A DNA stretch of 64,000 bases from Trichoplax adhaerens (lineage: Eukaryota > Animalia > Placozoa), in contig NW_002060943.1 of the NCBI RefSeq assembly GCF_000150275.1, positions 1,540,832-1,604,831 of the forward strand, in the 5' to 3' direction. Every line of letters begins with the position of its first letter. Positions within the stretch are counted from its first letter, which is position 1. The notes beneath the pieces are model-generated. The model searched no databases and was not told the DNA's origin. It saw only the letters and a program-made list of their open reading frames with translations. The translations under genes and the position numbers were made by a program. This document shows positions 13,367-25,733 of this stretch, in pieces.

Positions 13367-15779
13367 GTAAGACTTATTAAATCTGCCTTTATTTAATTTT
13401 TTCTTTGATTAGTTTAAATACCAATTTTAATTTTAATTGAATAACTGCTTCCCACAGAGGTGTAAATCCACCCCTAACCTTCAATTTTCGAATAAATTAT
13501 TAAACTATGAAACTTCCTATAAATTTTTTGTCACTCCTGTGTTAATACTGTTTATGATTGATTCCATTTTTACTATATCTAATTCTAAGACCGATACAAT
13601 GCTAGTTAGAATTACCGGCAGATGTAACAGTCAGGATAATCATAACATAGAAATTATTTACTAGTAATTTTAAATATTCAAATAATATTAACGAATTATT
13701 CACATGGTTCGATTTAACGTCAATAAATACGTGCTGCATTTTTAAGTAAATTGCCACCAAGACAGTCTGAAACACTTGAACACGTATCAAGCGGAAAAGA
13801 CCACGTGCAAGCTAATTGATGGCAGCAAAATGATTATTCTAGGTTGATTACTAAAATTACAATGCCATATTTTGCCGTAAGTTAAAATCGCATGCTACTA
13901 AACTACGAAACTAATTCGTACATTATAATATGTGTACATCATTTATTATCGATTGTTTTATTGGTTATAGTAAATTTAAAATGAAATGCAACATTTTTTT
14001 CATTTTTCGATTGATTCTTTCTAGTGCACTTGAGTAACTGCAGCATAAATATTATTATGATAATTTGCCAACGTCATGCAAGGAAGTAATTATTGTTATT
14101 ATTAAATTATTGTGGTTATTTTACTTAGCATCTTCACTACCTGACGGTAGAAATAGATGGTCAACTGTTACCTGACGTCGGAAGTTGATTACTAATAGAC
14201 TGAATAGACAGTTGGCAATCATTAAATCAGTTCAGATCTCGAATTAATGACTAATATTTCGAATAATAACAATTACTGAAACAACGACGGTAGTTATAAC
14301 AACGCTATGAATGCAAACATAACATTAACTCATTGATCCTAATGATCAGGAAAGAGTTAATGAATCTGTCAGTAATCGCTTATAATTTAAAGCAATCAAA
14401 TTTAATGAAATGACAAGAATAAGAAGCAGGAAGTAGAGAAAGAATTAATTTACTTCATACTTAACTAACGATTTACTACGTAGATTTTCCCAATCGATGC
14501 AATAAACGACCCAAATATGATTGCGTACATTTCGGGGTCAATTTTAGTTGTAGAGATTACTGTATATAAAAAAAGAGCAAAAAATTTGAAAATATACACA
14601 GGAATATTTTAATGATTTCTACAAAAAAAATTAATCCCTGCTGCATGTAGTACTATATAGCTTGACAGTACTGAAATAATTATTAAATAATAACTTCCCT
14701 TTTTCTATTTTTATATACGGTGCAATTATAATCCCGACACACACTTACTACTTCCATAATTGTTATTTTTACATGTCAATAAATACCGATATTGAGAGAT
14801 ATCGGTGGGGTCACATTTTTTAATTTTAGTGCATAAACTAATGAAAGAACTATAGTTCAGAGAAAAGTAATCATTTCCTGCTATTTTTAACCTCTATTAA
14901 ATTTTGGTTTATACGCTTTGAATATCGTAATGGCTTGTAGAGTATCATTAAAATAGAAAGCATTGATCATCATCTGATAGAAAATTTCCATGATGATAAC
15001 GCTAATTCAACTATCATGCTTAGGATTTTATATTTCATTCCATTTCAGTAATTAGAAATTGTTATTTGCAAAAACAAGTTACGATAATTGATTAACCTGC
15101 TTTGTTGATACAGAGAGCTAAGGTACTTCGTTATGATTTAGGACAATAGCAATTTTAATTTTTAATCTCTTTACTAGTTGTTATATTTGCGGATATAATC
15201 ATTAACAATACCAAAATTATTTTTATATATAGCCATTAACGGGATTAAAGGCATAATAGGTAAATAAAGTAGTGAACCTTGAAGGTTATTTCCCCATAAC
15301 CTTAACGATACGCTCGGGAATGTGTGCAATATTACTTTTAAATTTACATTATGCTAATTATTTTGCATTTCATATCAATTATAATTAATTACGTTCAATT
15401 ATAATCCAATTACCTATGTCATGAAAAGAACTTCACTATGGTGATAATCCAAGAAATAACATTAAACTACGCGTACAAGTAAAAGCATTAATTAGAGTTT
15501 ATTATTCTTTTATTGGTTTAGACGGCTTTATTTCTATATTTATTGTGCTTAACCGATATTATTATTATTCACTGCTTCATTTCTATAATAGTGTTAACGT
15601 AAGAAAAAAAAGAAAGAAATTATTCTCTATGTAGTTATTGTATTTAAACTATATTAACAGTTGATTTACTCAAAAATTCCATTGAACTATTTTAAAGGAT
15701 GGATTAAATTATTTGTCCAAGATATTGTACTATAAATTAATTACGTTTTCGAAAGTGCAAAACAATAGTTGCAAAAAGG

Positions 15780-15876
15780 TATAAGTACAGGTGCATCCTA
15801 GCACTGAGTAATTATCAACACAACTTCTTGATCGCTTGACAACTTTGAACTACTTCGCTATCAATATTCTTACAAG
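15780..15876 (+). promoter_or_regulatory. TATA box and probable non-coding first exon of the Cys-rich peptide gene
   Basis: TATAAGTA at 15780, donor CAAG|GTTAGG at 15876/7, acceptor TTTTAATTAG|GCAACATG at 16180/1. Confidence 0.55.
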
Positions 15877-16185
15877 GTTAGGAAAAAAATTGATTCTTAT
15901 ATATAGGCTTCGAATGCGTAGTATCTATTGTTGTTGCTTTCCAGTAAAATTGTAGAAAAGAAAGTTAAATTATCTTCTAAAAAATACCTACATTGAAGAG
16001 AAAATGAGCATGATTTTATGACTTAATATTGATAATTTTTTTTAACTTATTTAACAATTTAGACTAATTTTGCTGGTTTTAATTTTTCAATGGAACAGTA
16101 ACAATTTAAATTTATGTTGACATATCCACTTATTTAATAAGAAATTTTAAACTGTACACATTGCTATTGTTTTTAATTAGGCAAC

Positions 16186-17348
16186 ATGCATATGCTTCAC
16201 AAAATTGCCCTTCTCGCTCTCATTTGCTCTATTATGGTCTTACAAGCACATTCTTCGTCCATGTATTACGTGATGGTATGTCAATATTTAACTTTTTTAG
16301 ATAGGACGGGTTCAATATTTTGCATTTGTATTTACAACGTGATTAGAAGGAGATGCTGTTTTTTTGATCATTTATATTGTTAATTGGCTTCATTTTCCTC
16401 TGCAGAGAATCTGTTATTGGTAGTTACTATTTGATATACGAGAGTAGCAATGGTATAAATTCCTGTAAATTAGAATGATCATTGTATAGGTGCTAATAAA
16501 TTAATAGGTGAACCTTCAATTCAAGCTAGGATTAGAAAAGTGGTCATAGTATTCCTGTTTTATATTGTTTATTGGCTTTAGTTTCCTATACAAGAGCATC
16601 TATTGCTGATAGTTGCTATCAATGATATTCGGCAGCAGTAATGGTACAAATCCCCGTAAATTTAGAATTACTATTGTATAGGCATATTGAATGAACAGTT
16701 TACCTACATTTTAGCTAAGATTGGACGAGTGGCCATAGTAATCCTATCTTATATTGTTCATTGATTTTATTTTCCTATAGAAGAGCATCTATTAGTAGTA
16801 GTTGCTATCAATACTATTCGACAGTTGTAATAGTACAAATCCATGTAAATTAGAATCATTATACTATAGGGCAACTTAAATTAATAGTTTCAATTCTAAC
16901 TAGGATTGGATAAGTGGACATAGTACTGAACTCCTATTCAATGTTGTTCATCGACTACGTTTTACTTAACAAGAATATCAATTACTATTGATATTCTACA
17001 GTAATAATGCTTCAAATCCTTGCCAATAAGAATCATCATTGCTTAGTTTAATTAAATTCAGTAGTTTAAATTCGAATTAGGATTGGATAAGTGGCTATAG
17101 CTCTCCTATTTTTTATTTATTGATTATTGATTATTTCATTTTCGATCACGTTTGGCTACTATGTCATTTATTAAAGTCTGTAATACTCAAATCAATAATT
17201 TTAAAACGTCATTATTATTATATTATTCTAGAGGAGGGATAATTGCGCTATTGTCGGTGGACTTAATTGCAAAGATGATGTTGATTGCCAATTACAATGT
17301 GGGTTATCCTTCTGTGACGTTGATCGATGTAGCAATCCACCACTTTAA
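16186..17348 (+). CDS. Small secreted six-cysteine prepropeptide, 68 aa; coding exons 16186-16275 and 17232-17348
   Basis: Exon A gives MHMLHKIALLALICSIMVLQAHSSSMYYVM|gtatgt (signal peptide, phase 0). Exon B gives ttctag|RRDNCAIVGGLNCKDDVDCQLQCGLSFCDVDRCSNPPL*. A dibasic RR site precedes a 36-aa domain with 6 Cys. Confidence 0.8.
16385..17125 (+). repeat. Four degenerate ~189-bp tandem units inside the peptide-gene intron
   Basis: Units start ~16385, 16573, 16762 and 16952; shared blocks tttcc..ag(a)gcatctatt, aaatcc.tgtaaattagaat, ctaggattgga.aagtgg.catag. Confidence 0.85.
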
Positions 17349-19364
17349 GGCTGTATACATATCCATGCTGTCGGTTATTCTATGGTCTCTCTCCCGTGCG
17401 CAAGTCATCATTAATATTCTACTTTACTAAATTCAAGCTTGTACAGTAAATGCGATTTGACATTGAAAGTTTGGATGGTTATGTAGAGACGATAGAATAA
17501 TTGTAATGTGTACATGACTAGCGCTGTCTTATTCTTACATAGTTCAATATGATACTGTAGTATCTAACTTTCAATCTTCTCTAGCAGTAAAAGGAAGAAA
17601 ACACAATGCCATTTGAAAGTAATGATAAATCCAATAATTATGTTACTAAATTTAAACGAATAGCAAAAGTTATTCACCTAGAATAGAAATAGCACAACTT
17701 TATTCCGATAGCTCTTGTCACGTACACGTATAATTGATTAAGCAGTCAATTAGAGGCGAAACAACAATAAAATTATGTGAAATATTTTTCACTGTTACAT
17801 TAATTCTATACGATTCTGGCATAGTCCATATTTTCTCTATTGATATGCGTATCCGTATACAAGTGGAACAAGAAGGAAGCGTTAGCAATGGGTTATTTCC
17901 CTATCATTCGCGTTGTGCAAGGCATTTTTACCATGTAGTAGCATCTCAATTATGCATGCAACAATCGCATCGTAAGATGTGATTAGAAGCCTAATCTTTC
18001 CGCGTACTATTCAAAATCCGGATCAACATCAATATCCGACTTCCCTACATTACATGTGTGAAATATAGGGGAGTCGCATATTGATGTAGATTTAAAAATC
18101 CAATTCAGATTTACAAAAGATTTGTCACTAAAGTTCGGTATCGCGAAATGGATTTAGAAATGCAAATTCTCCAACTTTGATACCAGCAGGCAGTATCGAC
18201 ACTTTGTACTTCCACTTACTGTAATAGAATCAGAGTTATGCACTATGGTGGCTGATCTCAGCCCAACTGTATGATACTGGTGATCAATCTGACAACATAT
18301 GCTTACCAAAAATAAAAATAAATACAGTAAATTAATTCACACCAGCAGTGAAGATATTACTTGTACTGCAATATAGAAAGAAGAAGATTTGACGAGTATG
18401 TGGTATATATTCACTAGATGAACGTCCTGTCTCTTTGCTGACAGAGGTATCCTAGTTCATAGTGGGCTAAATAATGCAAAATTATAGTACCACGCATGTT
18501 TTGAATGTCATGATTATAATAATAATAATGGTAAATCCTGGACTACTAATATATAATTAATTCAATAATAAAAGACATTCTGCAAAATTACCAAATTGAC
18601 TTAGTATCGATCTTGAGTGTCTATTTTTTTTGAATCATTTCTACTCATTCAGAAACATTGATGACGTTCTAGAACTGCTTTTCAAGCAGAACTGAGTATA
18701 ATTATGGACTTCTAGATAGCTAGAGAATATATTACTGTCACAAACTTATGTTGCGAACTACTACACTAAACTAATAGATTACTTATGCCTTGCTCCACTA
18801 CACCTGGAGATCTACTGTATGGTAGTTCTTTACTACTTTCGGTCACACAGGGAAAAGACTATTCTAAAAGATTAGTATAGTTTTTATTAGTAGAATAGCC
18901 GAGTACCTTCTCGTACACGATCTAATAAGGAACTCTGGAACTGAGCATTCGCTCGTCCTTTTATACCATTCCACTAAATTTATGGTGCACACATAGTAAC
19001 TTGACAATATAAGATTTACATGATTTGTATACGCTATAATCGCACGATAAATGCGCGATAATCACACGATAAATGCATGATAATCGCGCGTACGTAGCGG
19101 GGGCTAAGGTATCGCCATTATTAATATCTACTGTATATAGGCTCTACTAATTAATTGCAAATACAATTATGCATTTTTGTCGTCTAGCAATCTAGACATT
19201 AATATTCTTAATTTCAATTACGCTTACCAATATGATCCATTAGCTAAATACTGACAAAATCTATTTAATTAGCAAGTACGGTGCTTTGCTCCGTAGCAAT
19301 TACATTTAATTTAGCAAAATAAGTGAATAAGAGAACCGGCCATCCGCTTCAAGACCTATTCTGG

Positions 19365-19660
19365 CGAATAGACGTGTTTGCTGGGGCCGAATTGTCCGGC
19401 TTGTCCGAGTCAAGACTGAGTAGGAAGTCCATGATTCCAGCTGTCTGTAGTCATGGACTGCTCGAATAGACATGTTTGCTGGGGCCGAATTGTCCGACCC
19501 GTCCGAGTCAAGGCTCAGCTGCAAGTCCATGATTCCAGTTGTCTGTAGTCATGGATCGCTCGAATAGACGTGTTTGCTGGGGCCGAATTGTCCGACCTGT
19601 CCGAGTCAAGAGTCAGGAGGAAGTCCATAATCCTGGCTGTCTGTAGTCATGGACCGCTCA
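19365..19660. repeat. ~98-bp tandem repeat x3
   Basis: cgaatagacgtgtttgctggggccgaattgtccg...gtccgagtcaag...gtctgtagtcatgga recurs at ~19365, 19463 and 19561. Confidence 0.92.
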
Positions 19661-19782
19661 CAAGAAAACAGTCATTACAGTACTGTACTGTACACTACAC
19701 TGAACTCATACAGTACAGTACCCATATGCTCAATCAACCACGGCAGTAGAAGAAGACCGGGAACCAAGAGTCCTGGACTGAT

Positions 19783-20068
19783 CCCTCTTGGACGGACAGA
19801 CACTTTGGTCTCATCTGGTCAAGATATTGTGCCTGGTTATGACGGTACTTTAGTATGGAGATGATCGATTATAAATATATCGATTTTTTCTCAGTTAAGT
19901 AATATTAATTGAATCTTATTACCTGCTGCTAATTTCTGTTTGCAAGCCGTTCTACGAGATCGTCGATATCATTGAAATGAGTACCAGTGATTGAGAAAAC
20001 AGACTGGGAAAGCTCCATACTAAGTGACCCTTTTTGGACGGTGTCATTGGATAAGAAAAGTCCGTCTG
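19783..20068 (+). mobile_element. Old dispersed ~290-bp element (MITE-like), copy B, in the NDUFS2 promoter
   Basis: Shares with copy A: ccctctt.gacggacagaca, gtactttagtatg, attacct..tgctaat.tctg.ttgcaagc, agatcgtc, agtgatt.agaaaacagac, aaaagtccgtc. Confidence 0.55.
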
Positions 20069-20247
20069 TCTGGCAGTATCTATCCTATCAGCCGGCGGCG
20101 TCCGGTGGACTACACTGAGTCGTCGTAGTACTGGTGTCAGCTACCGTACCGAACCATACCGTACTGTACTGTACCCACCCCTGGCGTAGACTGCCAGTCA
20201 ACAATCTGGTCCAGTTGTTGTAGAGCTTTATTTCAACCATCATCAAG

Positions 20248-23200
20248 ATGGCGTCGAGGTTGTTGAGTAGAATATCGCGAAGCAGTCAATCGTTAAGCTT
20301 TAGAAGACAAACACCAGTTGTATCTGCTTTTAGGTAAGTTAATAGAGCGTTGAAAACAAGTGACTTAACCGTGTATTAGGTTGTACACGGTAGAATGCAA
20401 GTATGAAGCGGCTTGTAGTGCTATACCGTATTGGCAAGTTACAGAAAACGTGAATTAAGCGATCCATGTTTGTCTTGTCAAGGTGTGGACGACTTAGTTC
20501 CAATCCATCTTGACTAAATCGCCCTATCATGCTATCTTATACTCATGACGATATCAATTAAACATCAACGATGATCTGATAATGCTACTAGATTGTGTTG
20601 ATCATGCGATCGAAGCCGTATTATTCATACGAGTAGATCAACTTTTCAACTCTATCCGGTAATATGGACGATGTTTGTTGGCTGGGTGGAGTACAGTCGA
20701 GATCGTTTTTGACTAGTCTATCGATCCAACTTTGCTCTTTCACTTCATCAAAGTTCTTTAAACTGATTGATGTACTGTAGTGGTTCAAGCTGCCTTTTAC
20801 ATACAAGTGATGGTCAAAGATAAGCAGTCTTGAGTAACTTGTTGTAATAAGAGTTAGCTTATGATTGTAGTATTTCCAAAGTTTTTCGACTTTTTTTTCT
20901 TGCAGTACCATGGGCCTTTCCCATGACATGAACAATGTTGCCTACAGTAGTGTGTTAATCACTTTGTATCAATATTAATCATACTACGTCTATAAATGAA
21001 TTCCAGATACAATAGCGATTCAATCAAGGAAAGCAAGCAATCACTGAAACCTAAGCCCTGGGAACCTCAGGGTGTTCAGCAACCACTTTCTGACTTACAA
21101 ATGAGAGTCTTGCCGGGATATCTCAACGATGATGCAGGAAATGTTTTATATCCGAACGAAATAAGCGAAATATGGGATAAGGATGGAGTTTGTACGTCAT
21201 TTTCCTAGTATCATGAACCAATCTTTGTCATTAATATATATATGGTGTATTAGCAACATCTTTTGGCATGATGTTATTCTAATAACCTTCAATAAACTAA
21301 ATTTATATTTTAAGAGAAAACATCTCTACGTACACCTTTCGGATGACTAACGCAATGACCGTGTTCTATATGTTGTATCTCATCCAATTATTTCACCTAT
21401 GTTATAGTGTTTACGCCGGACCAAGACATCGGTAGCTATACGGTCAATTTTGGTCCACAACATCCAGCTGCTCACGGCGTATTACGTCTTGTCATGGAAT
21501 TAAACGGAGAGGTATGTTTGGAATAGGTTCTCTGATTCATGATTCGGTAACGTTAACAACATAGATTGTATATCTCCTTCTGTAATATTTTTCATCAAAG
21601 TTGATTTATATGCGGGTTTAATCAAATGTCTAACTTTCTATATTATCTATCCATATTGATAGACTGTAAAACGTTGCGATCCACATATTGGTTTGTTACA
21701 TCGTGGAACAGAGAAATTATGCGAATACAAAACATACCTTCAGGTAATGTACAGTAGCTGTAGCATAATATCTACTTGTATATTAGACTATTCCTAGTCC
21801 GATATGATAAGAGGCCGCTTTATTGCTAAATACAATCTAGTAATAAAATAACAACATAGTCGGCTACATGTGCAACATAATATTACCAGTCTGTCCTGTA
21901 TTCATACCTTAATAGAGTATGGTACAGTTTGATAATAACTTGACTGCTGATACAGATTAAAACATTTGACATATTGAAATAATTAACTACAGTTTATTCC
22001 GTAGACTTGAAAACAAAGCTAATCTTTCACTGGACTTTTACTAGGCTTTACCTTATTTTGATCGTTTGGACTATGTATCCATGATGTGTAATGAACAATG
22101 CTACTCCTTAGCCGTAGAGAAGTTACTAAATATTCAAATTCCAGAAAGAGCAAAGTTTATTAGAGGTACTAGAAATTTGTGAAATAGCGATATCTAAATT
22201 TCTCTCAGCCAGCAATAAAATATTAATTAATTCAATTTTTGCAGTCTTATTTGCCGAAATTAGTCGACTATTAAATCACATTATGGCTGTTACCACTCAT
22301 GCGTTGGATGTTGGTGCTATGACGCCTTTCTTCTGGATGTTTGAAGAGCGTGAAAAGGTAAATTTGAACATAACAACTACTGGCAGATTTATAGCTTAAG
22401 GTTAAAGCATGGCTGCACTTGAATAATACCACATGCGTTATAATGTCACTTCAGATGATGGAATTCTATGAGCGCGTCTCTGGAGCTAGATTGCACGCTG
22501 CTTATGTAAGACCTGGTGGAGTTGCACAGGTAGTTAAACTAGAACTAGAATTATAGTGTACAGTTGCTAATTCCGTTGAGAAAAACTTAACTTAAGTAAC
22601 AACGGAATGTACAAACCGTCCTCTTCCATTGTGTCGTTGTTTAGGACTTACCGTTAGGGCTGATGGATGACATTTATAGTTTCTGTAAGAATTTTTCGCA
22701 ACGAATTGATGAATTGGAAGAGGTAACATACAGTATTTGGAATAATTGATTGAAATCACATCTGCCTTCTCTCAGCTGGAATTATCTTGTATTGCTTTAT
22801 TTTGGGCATAGATGTTAACAAACAATCGCATCTGGAGGGATAGAACCGTCGATATTGGGATAGTCACAGCTCGAGAGGCTCTTGATAATAGTTTCAGGTG
22901 ACTGTTTAGTGACTTTTGCACCGATCAATTTTAAAGTTGATAATAGTTCCTTTATACCTGATAGCGAGGGTTTAAGAAATTTAATAAAAATGTTGTTGCG
23001 CAAATTTTATATGATATTCCTTCACCAAATTATCAGCGGTGTTATGCTACGAGGTTCTGGAATTAAATGGGATCTTCGAAAGGTGCAGCCATACGATGCT
23101 TACGATAAAGTTGAATTCGATATTCCAATCGGTACTAATGGCGATTGCTATGATAGGTAAAACGATTAACTGGAACAGTGTATTAAGAATTGGCCGATTA

Positions 23201-24063
23201 TTTTATCTCGTTCTCCTAATTTGCTTTGCATAAATCTCTACACTTCACAGATACTTATGTAGAGTGGAGGAAATGAGACAGAGCTTACGTATTATTATGC
23301 AGGTATATTTTGTTTGTCATGATAACTGCTATGATTGTAGTGGAAGACTATTTTTGTTCGCTTCGATTATTTTACTTACACTATAAATTCGCTATTATTA
23401 GTGTTTGAACCAAATGCCTGAAGGAGAAGTTAGAGTAGATGACGCTAAAATATCACCTCCACGACGGGCAGAAATGAAGGTCAGCTATGGATCGATAAAT
23501 GCTTGTTTTGGTATTCTTGGATATTATGATAGAAACTAAATTTCTTCATATTTTTATCGTATAGGATTCAATGGAATCTCTGATCCATCACTTTAAACTA
23601 TTTACTGAGGGTTACAATGTTCCACCTGGGGCCACATACACTGCGACAGAATCACCAAAAGGTGAACTTGCCGTGTACGTTGTATCAGATGGAAGTAGTA
23701 AACCGTACCGCGTGCGCATCAGAGCCCCTGGATTTGCTCACTTGGTCAGTTTCAAAATCGTTATGTTAATTGTTTTTAATTTAATGTTATTCAGACGACA
23801 ACTTAAACTAACTCTTAATCGTTAATAGGCTGCAGTTGACAAAGTCGCCAGAAATCATTTCTTAGCCGATGTCGTAGCTATCCTTGGTAATTATTATGTT
23901 TATTTCAATATACTTTTCTACTAGATAATTGACATAATATACGCAGAATAACATTACTCATTGATATAGTTAAAAGTGGCTGATAAACCTGCTCATTGGC
24001 TTTCACTTTGATTATTATTAAATAGGTACTATGGATGTTGTATTTGGAGAAGTTGATCGCTAA
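20248..24063 (+). CDS. NDUFS2: NADH dehydrogenase (ubiquinone) Fe-S protein 2, complex I 49-kDa subunit; ~15 exons
   Basis: Arg/Ser-rich mitochondrial presequence [13 protein letters not shown]; [77 protein letters not shown] and C-terminal DVVFGEVDR*. Confidence 0.98.
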
Positions 24064-24726
24064 CTTTTAAAGCAACAATTCGGTTACATGTCTAGAATAA
24101 AACCGCTTAATGTGGCTTTGTTGTCTAAATTTTCGAAGTACTTTAACTGCTTGAATACATTATTATTGTACACGAGTCACCAACTTTGTATAACATTACT
24201 CATATTCTGCCAAATTTAAAAAAATACTTTTATTAAGGTATTATTTAGGCAGTTCATAACTAACACAAGTTTGATATGTGTCATGCTCTACTGTATGCGT
24301 CTGTAAAACAAATTTTGTAAGTAGCCATATTTGCGATGTATACCAACAAAATCAGCCAATAAAATTGTCTAAAATTGTCTAAACATTCAATCTTCGAGGT
24401 ATCTTTTACCACGTGATGTTGCTACAAAATCTAGAAATCTCTAGTACCTATTTGTACTGCATTGGGTATCGATCGTTGCGTATTAAAATTAAAAATGTGG
24501 GATACGATAGCTGAGCGGGCGGATACCCACAACAAAATACTCCAATAGCAAATTGGCTAGAGGAAACAATAATTTACTACGTGTAGACTTTGCTCATAGC
24601 AGCGGGTGATCAAAACAATTTTAAAATATCGATCGGTTAATTTCAAATTTTAGTTACTCTGCTTTGATCGCATAGACAAGACATTACAATATTCCACTTC
24701 ACACTGATATACTGACGAAAAAGGAA

Positions 24727-25733
24727 ATGGCAGTCTACCGTGAACGAATAATCGATAGGTATTTGATATTTATGACGATCTAAAATCGTGCATGAATATG
24801 GAATGAAGACAAATTCAAGTCGTTTGCTATGCGAGTATCTTTCGACTGTAAACTGATTCAATAATGGCTAGGATTAATTCTTATGATTGACATAATTAAG
24901 AGCCATCACCGAAAATTTGTTATTCATACTCATTTTGTCCAACTACTATCTATTTGTCGTATATTATCTAATTCAGAATTATGAAGTTACTGCCACTAAC
25001 GTTTTCTGTTAATAAATCCATAGGCTTTACGATTGTGACGAAGATATGAATTCTATTGATAAAGAATTTAAGAATCACGCGAAAATTATTAGAAATGTCT
25101 TTCGAGATCCGAAGTTGCTAAACTTAGATACTGATGACGACGTCGAAGAGCAGGAACTTCCAAATCCTCGTACGTATTTGACGTTCTGGCTGAAATTATA
25201 AAGTGTTGCATTTGTTTTACACTTTTCTTTTTCAGCTTACGTACTATCCCGACAAAATCAGCTAATGTAATTCTACTTATGGGATTTTTACAGCTCCGAT
25301 AGGATTTATTGGCATGGACGATATATTTAAGACGGAAGAAGATAAAAAGAAAGAGTCAAAGAAGAAATCATCTTCAATCAATCGCGTTAAGGTTAAACTA
25401 AGTAACATCTACAAAAAGCCTGAGACATCACCTAAGAAAAAAGCTGTTAAGAACAAGGAAGAATCACCGAAGCCGCGTTACTCAGCTTATGTTAGTTGTT
25501 CATCTGTCGATAATGGCGATGGTAATTATCATATCGAGCAAAGGAGTGCCGTCCACAATCAGGATGGTGAAGAAGAATACTTAGTCACGAAATATGATAA
25601 AGATCGTAGTTATGCTATGCGTAAACACATTTATGCCGATGGCTACGAGGAAATACAACGCGATTACAGGCGAAAATCAGATGATAGAAAGATTCATTTT
25701 CGCGATATGTGCGGTATTAAATGGGATGAATAA
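24727..25733 (+). CDS. Uncharacterised protein with a divergent HAX1/MLF-like C-terminal domain; 3 exons (24727-24758, 25024-25169, 25294-25733)
   Basis: GT-AG junctions are in frame (MAVYRERIIDR|LYDCDED...PNP|PPIGFIGMDD). C-terminal EQRSAVHNQDGEEEYLVTKYDKDRSY...DGYEEIQRDY resembles the EE/TRRTVRDSxGxE...DR..G.EE pattern of the HAX1/MLF families. Confidence 0.6.

Noticed and set aside
13111-13447. ~80-bp direct repeat on both sides of the 50-N gap
   Set aside because: Typical contig-end overlap or haplotype artefact at a scaffold gap; cannot be trusted as biology.
17152-17430. 92-aa ORF in the track
   Set aside because: Alternative frame overlapping the real Cys-rich exon; starts at TTG in intron sequence.
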